Assembly (NCBI GenBank): GCA_046734045.1
Contig: JBKPQL010000053.1
Location: 2,903 to 66,902 of the forward strand
DNA: 64,000 bases
Reading direction: 5' to 3'
From: Verrucomicrobiota bacterium
GTDB lineage: Bacteria > Verrucomicrobiota > Verrucomicrobiia > Chthoniobacterales > UBA10450
A program made the position numbers and the translations under genes. The number at the start of each line of letters is the position of its first letter. The stretch's first letter is position 1. Below are positions 38,122-46,265 of the stretch, piece after piece. Under the pieces are notes generated by a model. It searched no databases and was not told where the DNA came from. It saw nothing but the letters and a program-made list of their open reading frames with translations.

Positions 38122-40179
38122 ATGAATGACGAACGCAAAACTCCTGAGATGCGCGAGCAAATGTCCGATATCGAACGGCTCCGGCACTCAGCGTCGCACG
38201 TACTAGCCACGGCGATCTTAAAACTCTGGCCGGAAGCGCAGTTCGCCGCCGGGCCACCGGTTGACAACGGTTTTTATTACGATGTCGAGCTGCCACACCG
38301 AATTTCCCCGGATGATTTCAAAAAGATCGAGGCCGAGATGCAAAAGGAGGTCAAAGCAAACCATCCCTTCGAGCGCGTGGAAGTTTCGCGGGATGAAGCA
38401 CTCGCGCTCGGCAAGAAAGGCCGGCTCGCGGCACTAAGCGATCGACCCGAGCCCAGCAAGTACAAGCTCGACATCATCGAAAACATCCCGCCCGACGAAA
38501 AAATCTCGCTCTATCGCAGCGGCGACTTCATCGACCTTTGCGCCGGTCCGCATGTGAAGCGCACGGGCGAAATCGGCGCTTTCAAGCTCACTAATGTCGC
38601 GAGTGCTTACTACAAAGGCGACGAGAAGAATCCGCAGTTGCAACGGGTTTATGGCACGGCGTTTAAAACAAAAAAGGAGCTCGACGACTACTTCGCAATG
38701 CTCGAGGAAGCAAAGAAACGCGATCATCGCAAGCTTGGGCGCGAACTGGAACTGTTCGTCTTCGACGACGACGTCGGCCCGGGTCTGCCGATGTTCCTGC
38801 CACGTGGCGCAGTAATCGCCGAAGAACTGGAGAAATTAGCGAAAGAAACCGAGTTCGCTGCCGGTTATCAACGCGTGCGCACGCCGCACATCGCGCGCGA
38901 GAGCTTGTACAAAAGGAGCGGTCACCTCCCCTACTACGCCGAGTCAATGTTCCCGCCGATGGAATTGCAAGCTGAAGGCGAGCTTCAGCTTCGAATTACT
39001 CAAGATCGGGCAACCGGTCGTGCGCAATCTAAAGAACTTGCCGATAGAATGGGGCTAAATGCGGACAGTTTTAAAAAGCTTTCAACGCCAGAGGCGTTGC
39101 TTTCGTACTTACGCGACACAATCAAAGCGCAGTCGCCCGAAAATCAGGAACGCCTTCGGCAGATAGGGGAGAACGACGTGGTCACAAGGCTCGCGACTGC
39201 ATTTATGCCTGACCCGGATCGCTACTACCTCAAAGCGATGAACTGTCCGCATCATCACAAGTTATTTGCGGCAATTCCGCGCAGTTATCGCGACCTGCCG
39301 TTGCGGCTGGCGGAGTATGGGACGGATTATCGCTACGAAAAGAGCGGCGAGTTGTTCGGACTCATGCGGGTGCGGTCGCTGCAGATGAACGATGCTCATA
39401 TTTATTGCACGCCGGAGCAGTTCGAAGCGGAATTCAATGCCGTGAACGAGATGTATTTGAACTATTTCAAGCTCTTCGGAATCGAGAAATATCTGATGCG
39501 TTTCTCGACGCATGATCCTTCGAAGCTTGGACAGAAATTTGTGAACGAGTCGGAGCTTTGGAAACAAACCGAAGAGATGACACGCAATGTTCTAAAACGT
39601 TCCGGCATTAATTATGTCGAAGTTCCAAACGAAGCGGCTTTTTACGGGCCGAAGGTCGATGTGCAAGTCTGGAGCGTGGTCGGGCGCGAGTTTTCCATCG
39701 CGACGAACCAGGTCGATTTCGCCCAGCCGCGCCGATTGAATCTCGTTTACAAAGACCGCGATAACACTGAGAAGACGCCGATCTGCATTCACCGCGCGCC
39801 GCTCGGCACGCATGAACGGTTCATTGGATTTTTAATCGAGCATTACGCCGGCAATTTCCCGCTCTGGCTCGCACCCGAACAGGTGCGCATTCTCACAATT
39901 GGCGACGAGCCAAAGCTAATGGATTACGCACGATCGATTTTGAACGAACTGCGCGCTCATCAAGTCCGCGCAGAAATCGACGACAGCACCGACAAGATCA
40001 ACGGCAAAATCCAGCGCGCCGAACAAATGAAAGTCCACACCATGTTCGTCATCGGGAAACGCGACATGGAAGCCGAGGCGGTCAGCGTGCGCGTCCACGG
40101 GAAGGGCAATCTCGGGGCCAAACCGCGCAGCGAAGCAATTGCCCATATTTTGGAATCGATCCGCGAACGTCGCGCTTAA
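38122..40179 (+). CDS. thrS: threonine--tRNA ligase (no TGS domain; about 80-aa insertion in the catalytic domain)
   Basis: Motifs seen: RHSASHVLATAILKLWP...DNGFYYDV, DHRKLGRELELF, KAMNCPHHHKLF, RVRSLQMNDAHIY and a C-terminal anticodon-binding domain. Confidence 0.97.
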   Translation: MNDERKTPEMREQMSDIERLRHSASHVLATAILKLWPEAQFAAGPPVDNGFYYDVELPHRISPDDFKKIEAEMQKEVKANHPFERVEVSRDEALALGKKGRLAALSDRPEPSKYKLDIIENIPPDEKISLYRSGDFIDLCAGPHVKRTGEIGAFKLTNVASAYYKGDEKNPQLQRVYGTAFKTKKELDDYFAMLEEAKKRDHRKLGRELELFVFDDDVGPGLPMFLPRGAVIAEELEKLAKETEFAAGYQRVRTPHIARESLYKRSGHLPYYAESMFPPMELQAEGELQLRITQDRATGRAQSKELADRMGLNADSFKKLSTPEALLSYLRDTIKAQSPENQERLRQIGENDVVTRLATAFMPDPDRYYLKAMNCPHHHKLFAAIPRSYRDLPLRLAEYGTDYRYEKSGELFGLMRVRSLQMNDAHIYCTPEQFEAEFNAVNEMYLNYFKLFGIEKYLMRFSTHDPSKLGQKFVNESELWKQTEEMTRNVLKRSGINYVEVPNEAAFYGPKVDVQVWSVVGREFSIATNQVDFAQPRRLNLVYKDRDNTEKTPICIHRAPLGTHERFIGFLIEHYAGNFPLWLAPEQVRILTIGDEPKLMDYARSILNELRAHQVRAEIDDSTDKINGKIQRAEQMKVHTMFVIGKRDMEAEAVSVRVHGKGNLGAKPRSEAIAHILESIRERRA

Positions 40180-40739
40180 TGAGCCTTGGTACCGGTTTTC
40201 GGCTCAAGGTAGATAAAGCTCTTGAGTACTTCTTGTAGGGCAAGAGAATCCTTGCGGTAGCTCGCTTCATCTCGCGATGACAGGACGATGTAAGCGACGG
40301 CATGCGGCAGCTGTATGTAGGCCACACGCTCCCATTGAGAGTACGTCTTTGTGGCCGGATACTCATTAATGAAATAGTCATGACCGTCGCGCGTCTTGCC
40401 GGAGGCGATCTTCTCCTTCGGCTTTCCGTGCGTCTTCGCCATTCCTTTGATCGCCCATGCCACAAATGCATTTACGCCTTCAAACTCAGTGCTCGCGATC
40501 TTCGCGTACATCACGGTGCGCGCGTCCGCCCACGATTCGCCCTTTGGATAAAGAACACATGGCAATCCTTGGTCGGTCCCGGAAGTGTTGTCCAAGACCC
40601 ATCCATCCGGTGCAGCGATGCTAAAGGCGGCTTTCGGGCCATAAACGATTCCGCCGCGAAAGGTCTCCTGACCGAGCACGCCTGGAGAGAGCACACTGAC
40701 CGCGAGCAACGCGAGAATGCACGGCATTGGTCTTTTCAT
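40176..40739 (-). CDS. exported hypothetical protein, DcrB/PsbP-like (tentative); last gene of the island
   Basis: Signal peptide MKRPMPCILALLAVSVLSPGVLG, then FSIAAPDGWVLDN... The stop shares a TTAA with the thrS stop. Confidence 0.7.
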   Translation of the reverse strand: MKRPMPCILALLAVSVLSPGVLGQETFRGGIVYGPKAAFSIAAPDGWVLDNTSGTDQGLPCVLYPKGESWADARTVMYAKIASTEFEGVNAFVAWAIKGMAKTHGKPKEKIASGKTRDGHDYFINEYPATKTYSQWERVAYIQLPHAVAYIVLSSRDEASYRKDSLALQEVLKSFIYLEPKTGTKAH

Positions 40740-40774
40740 TGTAGTGGATCGTTTATTTCGTTCTCGAAAATCAT

Positions 40775-41806
40775 TCATTTGACGTTGCTCCCCAACTGTC
40801 TCTCGATGTCAGATGCGCGTGCTTCGGTGCTGTCGGCCATGTATTGCCAGTAACGCCGCCCTGCGGTCGATTTGGGGCCGGACTCAGCGTAGAACTTGGC
40901 GCCGATCTCTCGTGTGTCGACCAAGCCACCTTGCGCGCCACGAGAAGACTTAAGTTGCTCCTCATATTCTTTTACGCGTCGCTCGGCCGCTTCGTAACGC
41001 TTTTTCGACTCGGCCTCGGGTGGCAACTCACCTAGTGGTTCCGCTATCACTTCTGGGGGCAAACCCGAGTAACCCGACAAATTGGCGTAACGGTCCCATG
41101 CGCCTTTGTTGAGTCCTCTTAGGTAGTTCGTGAGCTCAAACTTTCCCGTTTTGGTATCGAAATAAACGTACCACTCATCAACTCTGCGTTCGCGTTTGGC
41201 GCGAAAGTCGCCGGCTCGAAGATCGACAAGGAGCCGTCCGGAATCAGGACTCCAGCCTCTGAACTCGATAATGCCCGCATCCCCACGCTCAGAGTGCACA
41301 GCGTCGGGCTTAAGTCGTTCCTGTCTCGCAAAAAAGCGCCATACCTGCGCGGCAAACGGTTGCGATTTATTTGCCTGTTCAAATTTCAAACCTTCGCCGC
41401 GTTTAAATAACTCACCATCCGCCATGCGACTGCCGAGATGAATCGTCGCGAAAATCCACCGCTCATCAGGCGAAATGAAATATGCTGCCGGCTGAGCGGA
41501 ACGCCGTTGGCCCAATGGTTCCCGCACTTTTGGATCGGCTGTGGAAACGACATACTGCTGCTCGTACCGGTCGGCCGTTGGATCCTCAGCCTCTCTTAAG
41601 ACCGTTTCGATCCTGAAGGTTCCCTTAGGACTGGTCTGCGCCTCGGTTTTCTCTCCTGTCTGCGCCGTTGCCGAGGGTGATGTTTGGGATGGACTCTCGG
41701 GAGCACTAGGTTTTTCGTCAGCAGCAAGAATGGAAAAAGTGTAGCTAATCCCGCACGCGACGATTGCGACAAAGACACTAATTACACGAATTGTCACGAG
41801 ATGCAT
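40775..41806 (-). CDS. island paralogue, type B module with coiled C-terminal tail; lipoprotein-like leader
   Basis: Leader MHLVTIRVISVFVAIVACGISYTFSILAADE. The segment ISPDERWIFATIHLGSRM...WSPDSGRLLVDL...WYVYFDTKTGKFELTNYLRGLNKGAW aligns with the C-half of 43498-45162. Confidence 0.8.
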   Translation of the reverse strand: MHLVTIRVISVFVAIVACGISYTFSILAADEKPSAPESPSQTSPSATAQTGEKTEAQTSPKGTFRIETVLREAEDPTADRYEQQYVVSTADPKVREPLGQRRSAQPAAYFISPDERWIFATIHLGSRMADGELFKRGEGLKFEQANKSQPFAAQVWRFFARQERLKPDAVHSERGDAGIIEFRGWSPDSGRLLVDLRAGDFRAKRERRVDEWYVYFDTKTGKFELTNYLRGLNKGAWDRYANLSGYSGLPPEVIAEPLGELPPEAESKKRYEAAERRVKEYEEQLKSSRGAQGGLVDTREIGAKFYAESGPKSTAGRRYWQYMADSTEARASDIERQLGSNVK

Positions 41807-42951
41807 AAGATTAAAGTCGGTTGTTGGATGATTCGGTGTGAATTGGTGGAATTCGTGTCTTGCGTTTTACTAGTGAGCAACGCCTTGATCTTCTCCATGT
41901 CGGGATGAGTTACGCCTGCTTCCTCGAGTTCCTTAAAGTCGTCTAGCACAGCCTGGCTGAAGGTCCGCTCGTCGTCGCGGAGCTTGGTATTTTTGCTTTC
42001 CAAATAAATAGCCTTCGCTTTGTCAAATTGGTTATCGAAAAGATACGCGTGGGCGAGGTTGCCTTTGATCAGCACTGCGTCATCCGGCGACAGCTCCAGG
42101 GCTTTTAACGAAGCGGCGATCGACTCGCGAGGCTTGCGGTTGAAGAGCTGATACCAACCAAGTTCGCTGTAGTACTCTCCATTCGTCGGATCTAGCTCAA
42201 TCGCCTTTTGTATGTCTTGGACGGCTGGCTCATACCGCTTCTCCTTCGCATCGGCATCGGCGCGGTCAGAGTAGGTTTCCGCTTCAATGGGATTATACTT
42301 CGTGTCGGATTTGAGTTTCTCCAGCCATTGTTTGAATTGCTTCGTACGCGCTTGGGTCATCTTCAATACTTCGCGATCTGCGACGGCAGTCGGGTTTTCC
42401 AACGAATTTTCCTGAGCTTTGCCGTTAGCAACCTGAGCGGCTTCGTTGCGCCGGTTAATCCAGGCGCGCTGTTGTTCCTTTAGCTGATCGCGCTGTGTTG
42501 GCGAAAGCCTGGCGCGGAGCGTGGAATACGTTTCGTTTAGCTGACGATCAGCGTCGAGAAAACGCGCGTCATAGCTAACAGCCTCTTCAGTTTTGCCTAA
42601 CTCTTTAATCGGTGCGCCTTGGATCGTAGCGGTCGGGCCATCCGGTGCGTCATCGAGCCTTAGATGCAAGACGCCTGAGTAACCGGGGCCATCTTCGGAT
42701 TTTGGAATGCTAGCTTCAAATAGAAGCCAAAGAGTAGTTGGATCGGAAAAGCCCTTGCGCTCTCCAATTTCAGGCAAGCTAAAGATCGGGTACTCGACCG
42801 TATAATTGCCAGACTTGCCGCGATCCCACTGTGTGCCGTAGTCTTTGACCGCCGAAGCGCGGCGTGCCTTGTTTTGTTGTGCTACAAATTTTTGCACAGA
42901 CTGGTCGAGGGACTTTAGCAAGCTGCGTTGCGAGACCGAGTCGCCGGTCAC
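41794..42951 (-). CDS. DUF1311/LprI-like domain + TPR protein (no signal peptide as called; possibly the continuation of 42948-43460)
   Basis: The segment ADRQLNETYSTLRARLSPTQRDQLKEQQRAWINRRNEAA matches the DUF1311 core. TPR-like KAIELDPTNGEYYSELGW...ALELSPDDA is also present. The last about 25 codons are encoded by the conserved leader motif. Confidence 0.75.
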   Translation of the reverse strand: MTGDSVSQRSLLKSLDQSVQKFVAQQNKARRASAVKDYGTQWDRGKSGNYTVEYPIFSLPEIGERKGFSDPTTLWLLFEASIPKSEDGPGYSGVLHLRLDDAPDGPTATIQGAPIKELGKTEEAVSYDARFLDADRQLNETYSTLRARLSPTQRDQLKEQQRAWINRRNEAAQVANGKAQENSLENPTAVADREVLKMTQARTKQFKQWLEKLKSDTKYNPIEAETYSDRADADAKEKRYEPAVQDIQKAIELDPTNGEYYSELGWYQLFNRKPRESIAASLKALELSPDDAVLIKGNLAHAYLFDNQFDKAKAIYLESKNTKLRDDERTFSQAVLDDFKELEEAGVTHPDMEKIKALLTSKTQDTNSTNSHRIIQQPTLILCIS

Positions 42952-43460
42952 AGAAAGAAGGATAAGATCCTGTGGACTCCATGATCGCAGTTCACAATAG
43001 CAAAGCGACGGCCATTGTTGTCTGCCGGTCCCCAGCGAGCGACCAGACTCTCATGGCCGTAACCTGGCAGCGACCATGACTTATCCAGCTTAAGTGTGGC
43101 CAGGCTTTTGTTATGGCGGTAATCAACCACGAGGAGCTCGACGAAGTAGCTTTCATCGTCGCCGTACGTTTCCTTAAATTTCTCGCGATCTTTTCCAAGC
43201 AAGTCCCAATCCACAGGCTCAGCGCCCTTCAAGCGACGCAGAGTCCACGCTAGCGCGAGCCGGCCGTCTGGCGACCCAGTTCCGGCCACGATTTCTGCTT
43301 TGCGATCGGCAAGCTCCACAACAGGCAATCCAGCCGCTGATTCTTCCGATGAGTTGTTAGCGGCCGGACTTTCTTCATCCGCGGCAAGAACACAACAATC
43401 ACAGTCGACCGCGCACGCGACGATTGCAACGAAGACACTAATTACACGAATCGTCACCAA
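42948..43460 (-). CDS. island paralogue, short type A (SPDG / W-x-x-D-x-x-x-R-F-A motifs only)
   Basis: A TTG/GTG start at 43460/43457. The leader LVTIRVISVFVAIVACAVDCDCCVLAADEE is about 90 percent identical at nucleotide level to that of 40775-41806. Motifs GSPDGRLALAW and ARWGPADNNGRRFAIV are present. Confidence 0.65.
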   Translation of the reverse strand: MVTIRVISVFVAIVACAVDCDCCVLAADEESPAANNSSEESAAGLPVVELADRKAEIVAGTGSPDGRLALAWTLRRLKGAEPVDWDLLGKDREKFKETYGDDESYFVELLVVDYRHNKSLATLKLDKSWSLPGYGHESLVARWGPADNNGRRFAIVNCDHGVHRILSFFL

Positions 43461-43497
43461 CTGAGTAAAGCTTGCATGAGTTGACGCGGCTTCACAC

Positions 43498-45162
43498 TCA
43501 CGGTTGAGAGGGGTTCTTTTCATCGGTCTTCGATTTCTCGTAAACCGGCAACTGCTCCTGGCGCACTTCGTCGATGTGATACCAAGTTCTTCTCGTACGC
43601 GCGCCGAGCTTTTTCTGTGGGTCTTTGATTTTCGCCAGATCGTCTTCCAGTTGTTCCCGCCATTGTTTCTGCTTCTGTTGAAATTCGGCCCGATCGGCGC
43701 CTTCAAGTTGCGACTCGCGTCGCTTGGTGATTGCGGCTAGCTCGCTCTTGTATCTTTTCAGCCTCTCCGCGATCGGCGCCTCCGGTCCTTCATGTCCAAT
43801 CGATTCGGCTGAAGAGGGGACAAAGCCGGATCCTTCTCCTTCTTCGTTGCCGATCTCGCGCCACCGTTTACGCGCGCCTTTATTGTTTTTTCGAAGCCGG
43901 TCGGTCAGCTCAAATTTTCTCGTTTTCGTGTTGAAGTAAGCAACCCAGCCGGAAACGCCGGGGTTCTTGTAGTCGGCCGAACGATAATATGTGTCCTTAC
44001 CGGTTAGCCCGCCATGCAGATCGATCAACAGCCGCGCCGAATCATCGGTCCAATCTAGAAAGCCGGCCTGCTCCGGGAACTCGTCCGTGCGATCCACTTT
44101 GCTAGAGGGAACGTTTTCGGCTTTGCAGAAAAATTTCCACGCTTCGTCGTCGAAGGACGCGTCTGGAAAAACGTCTTCGAACTTCACTCCTTCTTTGCGA
44201 TGAAAGAGGTAAGTTGAATTCATATGGCTGCCGTGATGTTGCCCGACGAGCATCCAGTTCTCGTCCGGTGAAATTGAGACGCTATTGAGGTGTGTAAAAC
44301 CTCTCTCGTGGAAACCGGGTAAAGGTTCACGCATAGCCGGATCCTTTGCGGAGACAATCCAGACTTCCAGATCCGTGTCCGGACGGCCTTCGTCGTCTTT
44401 TGTGGGAACCTCAAGCTCTTCGATGTAAAAATTGCCGCGAGGCGATTCGATCCCACTTGCGATCGCCTCGCGCGGCTTTTCGACTTTCGCCGTCACGTTG
44501 TTCTGTGCATCGAACGCGAGCGTGATGTTCTGCCGGCACTCGATCATTTCACCCTTGAGCATTTTCCATTCGCCGTACACCTCGACGAACAAGTCTCCGG
44601 AATCGCTCCAACCTTTCGGTGTCACTGTGTACGAAACCGTGCTGAGGTATTTCGGGTCTTCGTCTTTGATTTCATCGCACCGCGGGAATTCCGGAAGCGG
44701 GATTTCCACAAACGTATCGCCATTTCGAAAATAAACGCTGGTAGTCCGGCTTCGCTGGCTCTCCGCGGAGCTGTAAGCCCCGCGTTCTTCATTGAAGTAC
44801 GCGACGCGCTGCGAGTCGTTAGACCAAAGGAGCCGCGCGTCTTTCGCGTAGTCCTCGATTCGGAAGGTATCGACGCTGCTGGCCCAAAGGACCCGTTCCT
44901 TATCTCCAGATATCGCGACGCTTTCAAGATCGACAATCTTCTTCGTCGTCTGCGCGTCGATGATCGCCGTCTCCCAGCCTTCTTCCCCGGGCGCTAACTG
45001 CAATGCAAACTTCCCGTCCGGCGATTTGTTTTTAATCACGCCTTTGTTGGACTCTCCTGAGGATCGCTTCGCACCTGCGGGTTCCGCACCGTCAGCGGCA
45101 ACAACCGATAAGGCGCAGCTGACCGTCAAGGCGACAATTGCGAGAAAGGAGCGAATTCTCAT
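43498..45162 (-). CDS. island paralogue, chimeric: type A module + type B module + DUF1311-like tail
   Basis: The N-half (KSPDGKFALQL...LLWSNDSQRVAYF...VYFRNGDTFVEIPLPEFP) aligns with 46248-46838. The C-half (ISPDENWMLVGQHHGSHM...WVAYFNTKTRKFELTDRLRKNNKGA) aligns with 40775-41806. The tail is AEFQQKQKQWREQLEDD. Confidence 0.85.
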   Translation of the reverse strand: MRIRSFLAIVALTVSCALSVVAADGAEPAGAKRSSGESNKGVIKNKSPDGKFALQLAPGEEGWETAIIDAQTTKKIVDLESVAISGDKERVLWASSVDTFRIEDYAKDARLLWSNDSQRVAYFNEERGAYSSAESQRSRTTSVYFRNGDTFVEIPLPEFPRCDEIKDEDPKYLSTVSYTVTPKGWSDSGDLFVEVYGEWKMLKGEMIECRQNITLAFDAQNNVTAKVEKPREAIASGIESPRGNFYIEELEVPTKDDEGRPDTDLEVWIVSAKDPAMREPLPGFHERGFTHLNSVSISPDENWMLVGQHHGSHMNSTYLFHRKEGVKFEDVFPDASFDDEAWKFFCKAENVPSSKVDRTDEFPEQAGFLDWTDDSARLLIDLHGGLTGKDTYYRSADYKNPGVSGWVAYFNTKTRKFELTDRLRKNNKGARKRWREIGNEEGEGSGFVPSSAESIGHEGPEAPIAERLKRYKSELAAITKRRESQLEGADRAEFQQKQKQWREQLEDDLAKIKDPQKKLGARTRRTWYHIDEVRQEQLPVYEKSKTDEKNPSQP

Positions 45163-45225
45163 GACTGCATAACGGTCAGAGTTACTTTTTAATCATTGGT
45201 GTTATCCGTGAAATTCGTGCCTGTC

Positions 45226-45585
45226 TTAGTCCTTAAGCCTCGCCTTTAGCTGTTTGATTCGTTGTTGGGTGAGCTCTGTCGTGGTTTCGTAGCGGATTGT
45301 GGGAGCCATCGAACCGCCGCGGGTCTGATCATTCGCAAAGGCTGCCTCGGCATCGCGAAAGGCGAGCGATGCTCGCTGGCTTTGTTTCAGCTTTTCCTTA
45401 GCCTCGGCGTCCGGAATCTTTTTCAAAAGCGCGTCATAGGTCTTGTTAAGCTCCGCACGGACATTCGCGCACTCATCCGGACCATCGACCACGCCACGAT
45501 TCCCGGCGGTGGCGAAGTGGTTACAGCTTACGCTCAGCGCAGCGATCAAGCTTCGTTGAGCTAACGAAGGATTTATTCTCATCAA
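45226..45585 (-). CDS. DUF1311 / lysozyme-inhibitor LprI-like protein
   Basis: The segment ELNKTYDALLKKIP...LKQSQRASLAFRDAEAAF...GGSMAPTIRYETTTELTQQRIKQLK matches the family. The C-terminal two thirds are about 80 percent identical at nucleotide level (by eye) to 48222-48632. Confidence 0.85.
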   Translation of the reverse strand: MMRINPSLAQRSLIAALSVSCNHFATAGNRGVVDGPDECANVRAELNKTYDALLKKIPDAEAKEKLKQSQRASLAFRDAEAAFANDQTRGGSMAPTIRYETTTELTQQRIKQLKARLKD

Positions 45586-45647
45586 TCGATTTTGGCTTCT
45601 GCCGAATGGCGAGCGAGCGTCGGGTGCAAAGACTAGTTAGGCACAAA

Positions 45648-46142
45648 TTATTTGATCTCACGGGACAATATTTCTTTTAGCGAAGGCCCTTCGGGATACT
45701 TGATATCGCTGATTCGCCATCCACTTGGAGTGTTCGTGAGTCTATAGACGAGCGTTCGGGTTCCTAAGTTGGTAAACGTCACGTTGAACAAGTCAGGCTG
45801 ACCAACCACTGCAGCAATTTGAAGGTTAGTCGTTTTCTTGTCGAAATCTTGCGCGTCGTAAATTGGGTCGAAATCAAGATTGCAAACACCCTGTTCCCGT
45901 TTCTGGCATTCAGCATCCTTTAGAAACAGGGTCGTAAGTTCCTTGTCGAAGTACTTGGACAATGTTCGCTTATCGCCGAACCAGTCTGGCGTGTCTTTCC
46001 CTGGTTGATGGAAACGATAAAGCGAGCGGATGAAATCTTCTGGTGAAGATTTTTTTGTGTCGGCTCCGAAACAAGCTGCGCTGGTAAAAACGAGTGAAAT
46101 TAAAAGGGCGTGGTGAAAAGTCATGTTCTGTAAAGTAGTCAT
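45648..46142 (-). CDS. exported protein, DUF3828/YbjP-like (tentative)
   Basis: A signal peptide, then FIRSLYRFH...LTTLFLKDAECQ...CNLDFDPIYDAQDFD, which resembles DUF3828 as I remember it. Confidence 0.7.
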   Translation of the reverse strand: MTTLQNMTFHHALLISLVFTSAACFGADTKKSSPEDFIRSLYRFHQPGKDTPDWFGDKRTLSKYFDKELTTLFLKDAECQKREQGVCNLDFDPIYDAQDFDKKTTNLQIAAVVGQPDLFNVTFTNLGTRTLVYRLTNTPSGWRISDIKYPEGPSLKEILSREIK

Positions 46143-46218
46143 GCTCTTTAAAAGCCAAAGCCGCGACGGGTAGCGGCAAGCGAGCGGGGGAAGCGAGCGA
46201 GTTTCAAATTCGCGTTTT

Positions 46219-46265
46219 TCATTCTTCGAGGTGTACCGAGTGCATGTTTACTCGATGGTGATCGG
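46219..46265 (-). pseudogene. scar of the 3' end of a DcrB-like-domain gene plus its ATGA junction (…MHSVHLEE*)
   Basis: The minus strand reads gatcaccatcgagtaaacatgcactcggtacacctcgaagaATGAaaa. The intact gene end at 50225-50270 reads atcgatcgcatcatggactcggcgcacctcgaagaATGAaag. Confidence 0.6.

Noticed and set aside
40082-40853. Overlapping alternative ORFs around the thrS end and island start (40082-40471 -, 40302-40853 +, 40771-40965 -).
   Set aside because: They overlap better-supported genes that have signal peptides or homology. No signatures were seen.
42940-42990. Programmed -1 ribosomal frameshift between 42948-43460 and 41794-42951.
   Set aside because: There is no X XXY YYZ slippery heptamer and no obvious downstream stimulatory structure. 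A GTGA start/stop overlap, or a simple indel, explains the junction.
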